The notes: generated by a model not told the origin, from the letters alone. A stretch of DNA of 64,000 nt from Vulcanimicrobiota bacterium (GCA_963812135.1 CAWETU010000001.1:224001-288000); one strand, 5' to 3'. Shown: positions 47,406-57,485, counted from the first letter of the stretch. Numbers and translations: made by a program.

Positions 47406-48202
47406 CAGCGCGGCTTGGACGGCGCCGGCGACGGAGATGGACCGAGCTCGAGCAACGCCTGCTCTGCATCGGATTGGTGCGGGTGCATCGCCAAGACGCG
47501 CCGGAACGCATCGCGCGCGGCGCTCTTGTCGCCCCAATCACGCTGCGCGAACGCGTACGACAACAAGTATCCCTCGTTGAACGGCGCGATGTCGCTCGCA
47601 CGCTTGAATGCGAAAATCGCCTGTTGCCGATAACCCGCCGCCTTGTCGGGTTTGGCAAAGCTCGCGTCCACCGACAGCTTGCCGATCTTCGCATATGCGG
47701 CCGCGAGATCGGCGCGCAGCAGCATGTTGCCGGTGAGGCGCTGCACGAGCGCGTCTTCGAGCGCGATCGCATCGTCGTAGCCGCCCGCCGTAGCCATGCG
47801 GTCTTCGGCCGCCGCGAGGCGCCCGGCGGCGTTCGCCTGCAAGTAGTCCGCCACCGCGGCAGCAGGATCGCCGAGCCGCGTATATGCGTCGCCCATCTCG
47901 GCGACGCACGCCGCGCCGCAGTTCGAGCGTTCGAAATCGCGCAACGCGGCGGCAGGGTCGCGATCGAGCTCCGCGCGGCCGCGGTCCTCGAGGAGCAGTC
48001 GAGAATCCGGCCAGAGCGTGAGCCCGCGATCGAACCATGCGAACGCCGCGCGCGCGTCGCCTTTCGCAAGCGCGAGGTTGCCCAGGTCGTCGAACCACCA
48101 CGCCGCCAGCGGCCGCCAGCCGAACGCGGCGAACAGCGCGAGCGCGAGCGCGGCGGAGACGACGACGTCCTTGCGCATGCCAAAAGATTGGGGGCCAGGC
48201 AT
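47405..48202 (-). CDS. Membrane-anchored TPR protein
   Basis: N-terminal TM, helical TPR-like repeats; ATG 48202 after AAGGGGG. Confidence 0.65.
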   Translation of the reverse strand: MPGPQSFGMRKDVVVSAALALALFAAFGWRPLAAWWFDDLGNLALAKGDARAAFAWFDRGLTLWPDSRLLLEDRGRAELDRDPAAALRDFERSNCGAACVAEMGDAYTRLGDPAAAVADYLQANAAGRLAAAEDRMATAGGYDDAIALEDALVQRLTGNMLLRADLAAAYAKIGKLSVDASFAKPDKAAGYRQQAIFAFKRASDIAPFNEGYLLSYAFAQRDWGDKSAARDAFRRVLAMHPHQSDAEQALLELGPSPSPAPSKPR

Positions 48203-48237
48203 TGCCTGACCCCCTTTGTCTTCGAGTCTACGTCGCG

Positions 48238-50904
48238 TCAGAACTTGACGGTGAAGTAGATGTTCTGCCGGTTTTGGTTCCAGTTGTAGCTCGGCAGCTG
48301 GTTGTCTTGCCAGTGATAGTTCGTGAAGAAGAAGTTGATCGACGAGTTCGTGTTCGGGATGTTGTAGAGCACGCCGGCGTTCAACGCGGTCTTCGTCTGG
48401 CTGATGCTCTGGTTCAGCGTGTTGAGCGCCTCGCCGCCCCACGCCTGATTGACGTAGGAAACGTTCGCGGTCAACGCCGCTGTGATCGGCAACGCCAGCG
48501 AGCCGCTGCCCGCCAAGTGGCGCACGTTCTGGTAGTTCGGGTAGAAGTAGACCACTTGACCCGTGCCGGTCAGCTCAGCGCTGCCGAGCGGGTTGTAGGC
48601 GTTCGGAATGCCCAAGAGCGGGTCGGCCGCGTACACGAACGGCGTCGTGTCGAGACGCTGGATGCGCTCGTACAAGGCGTCGAAGTTCAGCGTCGCGGTG
48701 CGATCCCAGATCGGCAAGCCGAGCGTGAAGCCGCCGCCGACCGTCTGGTACTTGCCGCCAACGCCCGTCGAGAATTGCGGGCCGAAGATGGCCGCTGCGA
48801 GCGAGTTCGGACGGATCTCCTGCAGCTGTTGGCCGCCGAGGCGCAGCTTCAGGTTGACGCCGCCGATGCGCACCGGGAAGTTGAACTGGGCCGACGGTCC
48901 GCGCGTGTTCGGCGCGAACGAGCTGTAGAAATACGGTCCTTGCGCCTTGAACTGGTTGAACAGCGGGAAGTCGAACGTGCCGAACGGGAACTGGCCGCTG
49001 TTCTGCAGCAGCGCGCCGCCGTAGCCGTTCGCCAACGCGATGTTGTCGACTTGTTGGTTGATCCCGAAGGTGTTGCCGATGCCGAAGCCCGTCGGCAACT
49101 GCGGGAAGTTCCAGAAGGAGAACAGCCCTGGGGCTTGGCCAGCCCACATGAACTGTGCGCCGTCGATGTAGTACGGACCCACGCTCTGATAGGAGAGCGT
49201 CTGGTCGCCTCCCCATAGTTTGAACTTCACGCCGACGACGCCGGCCGTGTCGCTCTGGGTTGGAACGCGTTGGAAGTCAGGCGTGTACTTGCTGGTCGCG
49301 ACTTCGCCGTACAGCGCCGGGGTGATGATCGGGCCCCAGCGACGCGTCAGCGGGAGCACAAAGTCGAAGCCGAAGACCGTGTCGCTGACGATGGTATTCG
49401 GAATCGACGCGCTCTGCAAGTAGATCGTGTTGCCAGCTGCGGCTGAGTCGCCGCGCAGATCGAAGAGCCGGTTGATGCTGAAGCCCACCTGAGCGCTCGG
49501 GATGCCGGGGATGCGGTAGACAGCGCGGCCGCCGACGTCAAAGCGCTGCGGGAACGTGCTGTTAGACACCGAGTAGCCCTGGTATGTGACCGCCACCGTC
49601 ACGCCGGCCGGTAATGGCTGGAACGCGCCGGAGAACACCACCGCGTTGGGCGTCTGCACGAAGCTGAAGCTCGGCTCGTTCGGCTGGTTTGGACCGGTGA
49701 AGAAGCAACCGGCGAGACATGCCGGCGGGCCCATGTAATACGACACGAAGACCGTGCCGGGCTGGGCGTTCTGGCTGAGCGTGACCGAGGACAGCGTGCC
49801 GTTGCCGGACGTGAACGTATCGGTCGTTGGCGCCGAGCTATAGACGTTGCTCGTCTGCTGGAAATAGTACGGGCCGAGGTACGTGTTCGATTGGATGTAC
49901 CCGGTGTTCGGCGGATATCCCGGTGCGTTTGTGAGGATGCCGACCGGATCGATCTTCGTACCGTAGGCCTGCACGTCGAGGTATTTCATGATCGTCGCTG
50001 TGACGTCCACGCCGTTCGGGTATGGGCGGAACGGGTCGGTATAGTTGATATGGAAGTTATCCGCCGGGCTGTAGGTCAGTCCGGTCAGCGAGCCTTTGAT
50101 GTTCTCGAGCTGGCCGATGCGGATATTGAGCCCGGTGACGCCGTTCATGTTCGGCACGTTGACTTCAAGGGTCGGGTTGATGCCGACGCCTGTCTGCTGC
50201 TGACGGTAGCCACCCGTCATGTAGTCGGCGATCTTGATCGGGAGCGAGATGATGAGGTTCTGGTTCACCGCGTACGACGGGGTGAACTCCCACTGCGCGC
50301 GCGGCAGCAAAAGGCCCGGTCCGACGCGACCATAGTACGGATCGTTGCTCTGGTCGTTCTCGATGAACTGATCCGTGAAATTGAAGACCGGGTCCGAACG
50401 CGCGAGACACACGCCGCCGGTCGGACACGAGGGCGCACCGGGAAGCACGTTGGGGTTCTGGATCTGCTCGCGCTGCGAGTAGCTCGACCACAGAGTGCCG
50501 TGCACCGTGAAGCCTTGCGCGAACTTCGTCGCTTTGTCGAGCGCGGCGAGCTTGTCCTCGATCTGCGTCACGCGCACGCCCATGCCGTCGAGCTCGTCTT
50601 TGTACGCGTCCATCAAGCGGGCGAGTTTTTGCAGGTCGGCTTTGCTCGCGCCGCCTTCTGCTTCGACTTTGGCGATGGCACGCGCCAACGCGACCGCGAC
50701 CTCGTTACGCGTCATCGGCCGGTTCCCAAGGAACTTGCCGTTGGGATAACCAGCGAGGATGCCGTCTGCGGCGAGCGTTTGGATGTAGTCGGCGGCCCAG
50801 CTATTCGCTGGAACGTCGTTGAATGGGGTTGCAGACGCCGGCCGGACAGACAAAACAGAAGCGACGACGAACGCGCTTACCGCGAGGTAGGCGAATCTCT
50901 TCAA
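48238..50904 (-). CDS. SLH-domain outer-membrane protein (OmpM-like porin/tether)
   Basis: Signal peptide, FNDVP..SWA, GYPNG.F.G.R.MTR.E (SLH), coiled coil, beta-rich body, C-terminal YFTVKF. Confidence 0.85.
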   Translation of the reverse strand: MKRFAYLAVSAFVVASVLSVRPASATPFNDVPANSWAADYIQTLAADGILAGYPNGKFLGNRPMTRNEVAVALARAIAKVEAEGGASKADLQKLARLMDAYKDELDGMGVRVTQIEDKLAALDKATKFAQGFTVHGTLWSSYSQREQIQNPNVLPGAPSCPTGGVCLARSDPVFNFTDQFIENDQSNDPYYGRVGPGLLLPRAQWEFTPSYAVNQNLIISLPIKIADYMTGGYRQQQTGVGINPTLEVNVPNMNGVTGLNIRIGQLENIKGSLTGLTYSPADNFHINYTDPFRPYPNGVDVTATIMKYLDVQAYGTKIDPVGILTNAPGYPPNTGYIQSNTYLGPYYFQQTSNVYSSAPTTDTFTSGNGTLSSVTLSQNAQPGTVFVSYYMGPPACLAGCFFTGPNQPNEPSFSFVQTPNAVVFSGAFQPLPAGVTVAVTYQGYSVSNSTFPQRFDVGGRAVYRIPGIPSAQVGFSINRLFDLRGDSAAAGNTIYLQSASIPNTIVSDTVFGFDFVLPLTRRWGPIITPALYGEVATSKYTPDFQRVPTQSDTAGVVGVKFKLWGGDQTLSYQSVGPYYIDGAQFMWAGQAPGLFSFWNFPQLPTGFGIGNTFGINQQVDNIALANGYGGALLQNSGQFPFGTFDFPLFNQFKAQGPYFYSSFAPNTRGPSAQFNFPVRIGGVNLKLRLGGQQLQEIRPNSLAAAIFGPQFSTGVGGKYQTVGGGFTLGLPIWDRTATLNFDALYERIQRLDTTPFVYAADPLLGIPNAYNPLGSAELTGTGQVVYFYPNYQNVRHLAGSGSLALPITAALTANVSYVNQAWGGEALNTLNQSISQTKTALNAGVLYNIPNTNSSINFFFTNYHWQDNQLPSYNWNQNRQNIYFTVKF

Positions 50905-51195
50905 AGCGGTCCTCCTTAACGAGAGGCACAGACGTCGGGGGCCGTTTCGAACCTTGATGCGCGCAGAATCTTCGTTACCTGCTTAGCGAATCCAGTTCCG
51001 ATGGTTCCCGAATCCACCGGACATTTCAACGTAATCCGGCGGCACAAATATTCGGCGCCGTATCGCCCATGAGGACAAAGGCGAAGCGTCGCACCGGCAA
51101 CCTGCACGGGCTGGGTTGGCCGCTAAAATTGCCCATTCCTGCCCTTGGCTGCTCGGCCGACGCCTGGGGCTGTTCCCGAGGGGTGGGACCCCAAA

Positions 51196-51615
51196 TCATG
51201 GGTTTGTCCGGCTGAGAAATCGCTCGACGATGAGCAATGCGGCGTACCCGTCAAGCGGCGCTTCGGGCACCAACAAACCGCGTGGAATCAGGCGCGCGAG
51301 CCCGCGCGGCGGATGATCTTCGTAGTATCGCCGGCGCGCCTCCAAGGTCGTACGGCTCTCGTCCACCACCGCGATCGGCACCTCTGGGAACGACGCGCGG
51401 CACATCGAAACGACCGCGTTGGACGTGGTCGCGTGGCCGATGCAGACGCGGGCGATGTCGCCTGCCGCGGCCTCGCCGGCGAGATACGCGGGCATGTCCG
51501 CGGTCGGAACCACGCGCAACTCGATGCGTTCGCCATCCTCATAGACGGTCGCGACGCCGCACTTGGTCCGCCCGGGGTCGATGCCGATGAGCCGCTTGCG
51601 CTGGCTTACGCTCAT
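51196..51615 (-). CDS. YqgF/RuvX-like RNase H-fold protein
   Basis: IGIDPG.TKCG.A, VDE..TT.EAR..Y, D..AA. Confidence 0.8.
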   Translation of the reverse strand: MSVSQRKRLIGIDPGRTKCGVATVYEDGERIELRVVPTADMPAYLAGEAAAGDIARVCIGHATTSNAVVSMCRASFPEVPIAVVDESRTTLEARRRYYEDHPPRGLARLIPRGLLVPEAPLDGYAALLIVERFLSRTNP

Positions 51616-52547
51616 CGCGCCGGCGTGACGATCAGCTCGGTCGACAGCGGTCCGGCCGCCTTGATGTCGCGCGTCGCGACCGCGCGTAGCACCGCCGGCC
51701 CGTGGATGCTGGTCAGCTGCTTGTAGGCGGTGTCGAACGCGGACACGCTCGCGTCGGGCGTGTCGGCGATCGTGGGAGGCATGCCGTGGCTGATCGCGTT
51801 GTCGGTGATGGCGATGCGCAGCTGTTGGAGCGCAGAGCCTGCGAGCTGCTGGTTGTGCCCGTCGGGCACCGTGATCGCCGCGATCACATCGCCCTTGTGA
51901 TAGATCATCGAGTTGCGGAAGACGTTGAACGAGATCGACATCGCGCCGTGCCGGAAGATGTTCTCGCCCGCGACCGGCACGACGATCGCGTCATCGGGCT
52001 GGTACGTCTTGATCTGAGCCGCGAGCGTGGCCAGCTTGCCGCGCACGGCTGGCGTGAGCTCTTTCGGATACGGCTGCACGTCGGGGATGTGGGCGTAGTG
52101 CTCGGCGACGACGCTGAACAGCTCGGAGAGATTGCGTTCGATCGTCGCGACGTCGTCGGTAGTGTCGACGAGCACGGGCCGCGAGATCGGCTCGCCGTTG
52201 CGGAAGACGAGCGGTGCCTCGCGGATGAAACCCAACAGCTGATCGCGCTGTCCGGTCAGTGTCTTGATCTCGTCGCGCAGCGTGTTGATGGAGAACAGCG
52301 CCTGGCGCGCTTCCTGGTTCACGGCCGCGACCACGCCGACGACGAAGAGCGCGATCAGCATGCCGAACCCGACCGCGAAGATCGTGCTCGTGTAGCGCGG
52401 CCGCAATCCGAAGAGCGTCATGCGGCGCCGGCCGACCTGGTGCCCCACCCGATCCCCGACGAAGGCGATGAGTCCGGCGAGCACGATGATGGCGGCGACC
52501 GTGATGACCGGCCGGATGTCGAAGGCGAGCAGCGTTGCGAAGATCAT
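51612..52547 (-). CDS. DUF3084 family protein
   Basis: IAFVGD.VG..VGRRR.TLFGLRPR.T; follows lptF/G. Confidence 0.8.
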   Translation of the reverse strand: MIFATLLAFDIRPVITVAAIIVLAGLIAFVGDRVGHQVGRRRMTLFGLRPRYTSTIFAVGFGMLIALFVVGVVAAVNQEARQALFSINTLRDEIKTLTGQRDQLLGFIREAPLVFRNGEPISRPVLVDTTDDVATIERNLSELFSVVAEHYAHIPDVQPYPKELTPAVRGKLATLAAQIKTYQPDDAIVVPVAGENIFRHGAMSISFNVFRNSMIYHKGDVIAAITVPDGHNQQLAGSALQQLRIAITDNAISHGMPPTIADTPDASVSAFDTAYKQLTSIHGPAVLRAVATRDIKAAGPLSTELIVTPAR

Positions 52548-52553
52548 CGCGCG

Positions 52554-53639
52554 TTACACCTTCGCCGCCAGCTGGAGCAGCCAGACGCCGATCGCGCCGA
52601 AGATGATGTTCGGCAGCCACGCCATGACGAGGCTCAGCTCCGGCGTCGTGCGGCCGAGCGCGAGGCAGATCGTGGTGACGACATAGAACGCGAACACGAT
52701 CGCGATGCTGATCCCGAAGCCCGCTCCCGACGTCGACCGCTGGCGCCGGATGCCGAGCGGGAGCGCGAGCAGCGTGAAGACGAGACTCGCGAACGGCCGC
52801 GCCAGTTTGCTGTCGTAGGTGACGAGTAGCAGCGCATAGCGCGATTGATCGCCTTGTTGCCTGGCGGTGTTGAGCAACGGGCGCAGTTGGTTGCGGCTCA
52901 GGTCCTCCGGCCGCTTGGACAGCTCGATCAGTTGCGAAGGGCTCGCGCCGATGTTGACGCTCGTGACCGGCAAGTCGCCGACGGTGCAGCAGACCGGCGC
53001 CAAGCGGTACGAGATCGCGTCGTGCAGCACCCAGGTCGAGTTCTGATAGCGTGCGCGCGGCGCCACGAGCAGCGACAGTAGCGTGTCAGCGCGATACACC
53101 TGTACGGTGATCTCCGCGAGCTGCTGCGTGGTCGTGTCGAAACCGCCTGCGTATGTCACCTGCGCGTCGCCGTTGGGAAGCCGCGTGCGCACGACCTCGT
53201 TCGAGAGGATGTTCACGTTGCCCGACTGGATCTCGCTTTGCAGGATCTCATTGGCTCTGGCCGTCGCGCCCGGCACCACGAACTCCTGAAACCCCAGCGC
53301 GATGAGCGACGCGAGCAGGCCGACTGCCGCCACCGGCGCTGCGATGCGATAGAGGCTGACGCCGCCGGCGCGCATCGCCGTGATCTCCGAGTCTCCCGAC
53401 AGCCGGCTCATCGAGAGCAGCACCGACAGGAGCATGGACATCGGGAAGGTCAGCACGAGCGTCTGCGGCAGCGTATAGATGAAGTATTTCGCCGCAGCCA
53501 GCAGGCTCGCGTGCTCTTCGGAGACGAGCCGCGCGACGTTGAGCAGCTCGCCCGCGACGAAGAGCAGCGTGAACGCGGCCAATCCGAACAAGAACGGGCC
53601 GCCGAGCTCGCTGACCATGTAACGGTCGAGCAGCTTCAC
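52554..53639 (-). CDS. LptF/LptG LPS export permease
   Basis: LDRY, SE.TAMRAGG.SL.R, PE.LS, AWLPN. Confidence 0.9.
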   Translation of the reverse strand: MKLLDRYMVSELGGPFLFGLAAFTLLFVAGELLNVARLVSEEHASLLAAAKYFIYTLPQTLVLTFPMSMLLSVLLSMSRLSGDSEITAMRAGGVSLYRIAAPVAAVGLLASLIALGFQEFVVPGATARANEILQSEIQSGNVNILSNEVVRTRLPNGDAQVTYAGGFDTTTQQLAEITVQVYRADTLLSLLVAPRARYQNSTWVLHDAISYRLAPVCCTVGDLPVTSVNIGASPSQLIELSKRPEDLSRNQLRPLLNTARQQGDQSRYALLLVTYDSKLARPFASLVFTLLALPLGIRRQRSTSGAGFGISIAIVFAFYVVTTICLALGRTTPELSLVMAWLPNIIFGAIGVWLLQLAAKV

Positions 53640-54391
53640 AGACGAAAGCTCTCTCCCAGGTAGAAGCTGCGTGCGACCGGCGAATCGGCGACGTCTTGCG
53701 CGCTGCCCGACACTTCGATGCGGCCGCGGTTGAGGATGTACGCGCGATCGACGATCGCGAGCGTCTCGCGCACCGAGTGGTCGGTGATGAGCACGCCCAG
53801 CCCCTTGGCCTTGAGCAGGCGGATGATCTCTTGGATGTCGGCGACCGCGATCGGGTCGATGCCGGTGAAGGGTTCATCGAGCAACAGGAACGCCGGATCG
53901 GTCGCGATGGCGCGCGCGATCTCGACTCGCCGGCGCTCGCCGCCCGACAGCGTCTCCGCCTTTGCGTGGATGAGGCCTTCGAGGCCGAACTCACCGAGCA
54001 GCGTGGGCAGGCGTTCGTCCTGCTCGTGGCGCGGCACGCCGCGCTGTTCCCAGATGAGCCGGATGTTGTCTTCGATCGTCAAGCGCCTGAAGACCGACGA
54101 CTCCTGCGCGAGGTATCCCAGCCCTTCGCGCGCGCGCATGTGCATCGGCTGGTGCGTGATGTCCACTCGCGAGCCGTTGTCGCCGACCAGCAGCACCTCG
54201 CCGTCGTTCGGGCGCACCAGGCCGACCACCATATAAAAGGTAGTCGTCTTGCCGGCGCCGTTGGGGCCGAGCAGCCCGACGACTTCGCCGCCTCGCACGT
54301 TGAGGCTCACGTGGTCGACCACCGTCCGCGGGCCATAGCTCTTCGTGAGTCCGCGGACATCGATCTCTTTCGGCGTGCCTGTCGGTTGCAA
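53636..54391 (-). CDS. lptB: LPS export ABC ATPase
   Basis: GPNGAGKTT, YLAQE.SVFR, LSGGERRRVEIAR, LDEPF.G.DP, ITDH.VRE. Start approximate. Confidence 0.93.
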   Translation of the reverse strand: MQPTGTPKEIDVRGLTKSYGPRTVVDHVSLNVRGGEVVGLLGPNGAGKTTTFYMVVGLVRPNDGEVLLVGDNGSRVDITHQPMHMRAREGLGYLAQESSVFRRLTIEDNIRLIWEQRGVPRHEQDERLPTLLGEFGLEGLIHAKAETLSGGERRRVEIARAIATDPAFLLLDEPFTGIDPIAVADIQEIIRLLKAKGLGVLITDHSVRETLAIVDRAYILNRGRIEVSGSAQDVADSPVARSFYLGESFRL

Positions 54392-54396
54392 CGCTC

Positions 54397-56259
54397 CTAC
54401 TTTCCGAACGTCATGGTCTGCTCGCCGTTGGGACCCCAAACGCGGACGCGGCGCAGATCGAGGTCGGCCTCTGCGCGATCGCCGTCGATTGAGTTGCCGC
54501 GGTCGTCGTTCGCTTTGACGTGACCAGCCGCGATGAGCACGTGGCGGTTGCCGTCGTATTCCATGGAGTCCGCGGACATGGACGACCCGTTTGCGGCCCC
54601 GGCCCGGACACCGCCGCTGAGCGCGACGTTGCGGTCGTTCGGGCGCACTTCTGCTGTCGGGGCCGTTACCCTCATGCGCAGCGTCCTTCCTTTATAGAAG
54701 CTGAGGAGGACGTTGCGCAGCGTTCCTTTTGAATCCGCCGTCTGATACTCGACTTCGTCGGCGCGCAACAAATACTCGAGCAGGCCGTTGTGGATCTCTT
54801 TGAGTTCGACCGGCCGGCCCGGTTCGGCACGCGCGATGATGTAGTATGGTGGTTGCGCCTGCGCGCTGGTGGACGGATTCGGGGTCGGGTTGGCCGGCGC
54901 CGGCGACTTGCTCGCGCAGCCGGCGAGCAGCGCGACGACACCGAGCGCGGTGACGGCGATCGTCGCGCCCGATCGGAACGTAGGACCCGAGCGAAGCTCT
55001 GGTGTACGCTCGAGCGAAGCTCGAGCATCGTCGACATCCGCACTGCGCCGGCCCAGCGCGAACATAAGCCCCATCATCGGCCACCATAAAAGGAAGACGA
55101 ACGTCGACACGACGTCGAGCACGTTCTGGAACGCGGATGCGATGAACGCAGCCGCCAAGCCATAGAACAGCAGGGTCCGCTCACGATCGTCCGACGAGAT
55201 CTGCCGGATGGTCCGTCGCGCCTGCGCGACTCCAGCGACGACCAGCCAGACGAACGCGGCGAATCCGAGCAAACCGTTCTCGACGAGCACGTTGAGCGAC
55301 AGATCATGCGCGTGGACCTCGTCCACCGCGGCATCCGGCTGTTTGAGCATGGGATACACTTTGGAAAAACCCAGCGGGCCGACGCCGGTCAGCGCGAAGC
55401 GCTCCGCCATGCGAACCGCGCCCTGCCATACGGCGATGCGCGACGGGTTCTCGCTCGGATCGTGGGCGACGTCGCGAAAGCTGGTCGTGCCCAAGATCAG
55501 CGCGACGATCGCCGCACTCACGTACGTCGCGCGCGCCGCGCGGCCGAATCGCCAGACGAGGATGGGCAAGCCGATGATGAGGCCGAGCCACGCCGCGCGC
55601 GACACCGAGAGCGCCAGCGCGATCGTGCCGACGATCGCCGCAGCGGCGCCAAGCCGCCGGAGCAGCAGCGGGGCACCCGCCTGGGCTATCCCGAGCGCGA
55701 TGAAGAACAGCAAGTAGCCGCCGAACTCGTTCGGCTGCAAGAACGTCCCTGCGGCGCGCCCGTGCTGGTACGCGAACATCTCGGGCGGATGGCGCGTCAA
55801 CGTGAGCGCGACGCCGAACACCGTCGCCGCGATGCCGACGGTGAAGTAGCACGTGAGCAAGGTGCGCCGGACGCGGTCATTCGACATATTCCAAAAGATC
55901 GCGACGAACGCGATGAAGTTGCCGACCTCGCACACGAGCTCGAACGCGCTCGACGCCGGGGAGACGCCGATCGCGCCCGCTAGTGCAGCCGTCGCGATCA
56001 CCGCGAGCAGTGGCAGCGCGAGCGGCGGCTGGACGAGCGCGTGCCAACCGCGGCGCAGGATCACGGCGACGAACGTCACCAGTGAGGCGATCATCATCAC
56101 GATCAGGAGGACGACCGCATAGATCCGGCCGCCGACCGCGATGCCTCGCGGCACGACGTCGGCGAGCAAGACGAGCATCGGCAGCACCGGCCCGAGTGTG
56201 AAGAAAGCGAACGGGAGCACGAGCTCGGCGCGCCGCCCGAAGGACAACGGGTTGGTCAC
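54397..56259 (-). CDS. O-antigen ligase (WaaL/Wzy_C)-LptC fusion
   Basis: N-part: RA.GTF.QPNEF, SRAAW, R...W...G.G, HAH. C-part: TM with LAGC and beta-jellyroll-like LptC sequence, directly upstream of lptB. Confidence 0.7.
   Translation of the reverse strand: MTNPLSFGRRAELVLPFAFFTLGPVLPMLVLLADVVPRGIAVGGRIYAVVLLIVMMIASLVTFVAVILRRGWHALVQPPLALPLLAVIATAALAGAIGVSPASSAFELVCEVGNFIAFVAIFWNMSNDRVRRTLLTCYFTVGIAATVFGVALTLTRHPPEMFAYQHGRAAGTFLQPNEFGGYLLFFIALGIAQAGAPLLLRRLGAAAAIVGTIALALSVSRAAWLGLIIGLPILVWRFGRAARATYVSAAIVALILGTTSFRDVAHDPSENPSRIAVWQGAVRMAERFALTGVGPLGFSKVYPMLKQPDAAVDEVHAHDLSLNVLVENGLLGFAAFVWLVVAGVAQARRTIRQISSDDRERTLLFYGLAAAFIASAFQNVLDVVSTFVFLLWWPMMGLMFALGRRSADVDDARASLERTPELRSGPTFRSGATIAVTALGVVALLAGCASKSPAPANPTPNPSTSAQAQPPYYIIARAEPGRPVELKEIHNGLLEYLLRADEVEYQTADSKGTLRNVLLSFYKGRTLRMRVTAPTAEVRPNDRNVALSGGVRAGAANGSSMSADSMEYDGNRHVLIAAGHVKANDDRGNSIDGDRAEADLDLRRVRVWGPNGEQTMTFGK
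54980..55026 (+). repeat. Two tandem REP-like palindromic units inside a coding linker
   Basis: GTAG-gacccgagcgaagctctggt then GTAC-gctcgagcgaagctcgagc, 24-nt period. Confidence 0.55.
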
Positions 56260-57485
56260 CCGGTGTTCTGCGACGCTAGCGCGAGCACAGCCTCCGCGAC
56301 CGCGTTCGCGCCGCCCGGTCCTCCCATGCGCGACCTTCCAACCTGACCCATCGCTCGCATCCGATCCGGATCGCGCAACAAGGCGACGAAATCTTCGGCG
56401 AACCGGCGATCATCGTCGGGCAAGACGAGCAGCGCATCTCCAAGGAGCCGCTGCTGACGCATGCGATACCAGCCGACGCTGGCCGGATCACCCATCGGCG
56501 ATGAAGCGACGACCGGCAGCCCCAAGCCGGCTGCTTGTTCGTTCGCGGTGCCCGCTTGGCCGAGCACGATGTCGCAATCGGCCAAGAGATCACCGAATTC
56601 TCCGGCGACCAAAGTCACGTCGAGCGGCCCCGCTTTTCCGCGCGCCACGACACCGGACTCGCTCTCCGTTGGCGCGAGCGTTGCTCCCGCGCTCTCGCAT
56701 GCCGCGACCAGCGCGCCCGCGGCGACGCCCGGCGCAACAGAGATCAACGCCTGGACCGGCCGCGGCGCAAGCAGTCCGGCGACCAGCGCGAGGCGCCGAA
56801 CGGCGGCGGCCGCGTTGTCTGGCGCGTCCGCCCGGCTGCCCGGCAGCACGCCGACGTGGACCGCGCCAGGGATCGCTCCGAGATCCACGCCGTGCGGTGC
56901 GAGGCCGTCCATCATCAAGTTGCCGGCATAGCGCGCCGGCACCCCCGCATCGGCAAGCGCGCGCGCCGTCTCCGCGTCGCGTGCGAACACGACCCGCGCC
57001 CACCGCGCGATCGCTCGCTCGAGCGCCGAGTGCCCGGCCACGTGTTCCGACTTGGCCGTCGCGACGAACACCGTCGGGCGTCGCGCGAAGTAGAGAGACG
57101 CCGCGAGCGCGTACACGTCGCCGACCGCGACGACGACCGTGCGCGCGCGTTGCCGTCGCAAAAACGCGAATTGGCGCAGGGTCAGCGACAGCAGACCCGC
57201 GCGGACGTCGCGCGCAAGGTTGCGCAGGTTCCAGTATGCGATCAATCCGCCGCTCGGCATCTGCGCCTGCGGGCCGACCACACGAGTCGCCGTCGTAGCG
57301 GTCGTAGCGGTCGAATTTATTCGACCGAACTCGCCGACCAGCGGGAAATGCTCGATCGTGGCGTTGGGTGCGCGCGCCGCGATCGCGTCCGCGAGATAGC
57401 CTGCGATGGCGGCTTCGCCGTACCCGTTGCTGACCAACAGAATATTTGGAGCGGTCGAATCTAATCGACCGGGCGTTGGATTCAT
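56256..57485 (-). CDS. Lipid-A-disaccharide-synthase-related GT-B protein
   Basis: SNGYGE, MPSGG, AVGD, GN.MMD, LPGSR, AGTANEQ..GLG.P, RQ..LLG. Confidence 0.75.
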   Translation of the reverse strand: MNPTPGRLDSTAPNILLVSNGYGEAAIAGYLADAIAARAPNATIEHFPLVGEFGRINSTATTATTATRVVGPQAQMPSGGLIAYWNLRNLARDVRAGLLSLTLRQFAFLRRQRARTVVVAVGDVYALAASLYFARRPTVFVATAKSEHVAGHSALERAIARWARVVFARDAETARALADAGVPARYAGNLMMDGLAPHGVDLGAIPGAVHVGVLPGSRADAPDNAAAAVRRLALVAGLLAPRPVQALISVAPGVAAGALVAACESAGATLAPTESESGVVARGKAGPLDVTLVAGEFGDLLADCDIVLGQAGTANEQAAGLGLPVVASSPMGDPASVGWYRMRQQRLLGDALLVLPDDDRRFAEDFVALLRDPDRMRAMGQVGRSRMGGPGGANAVAEAVLALASQNTG

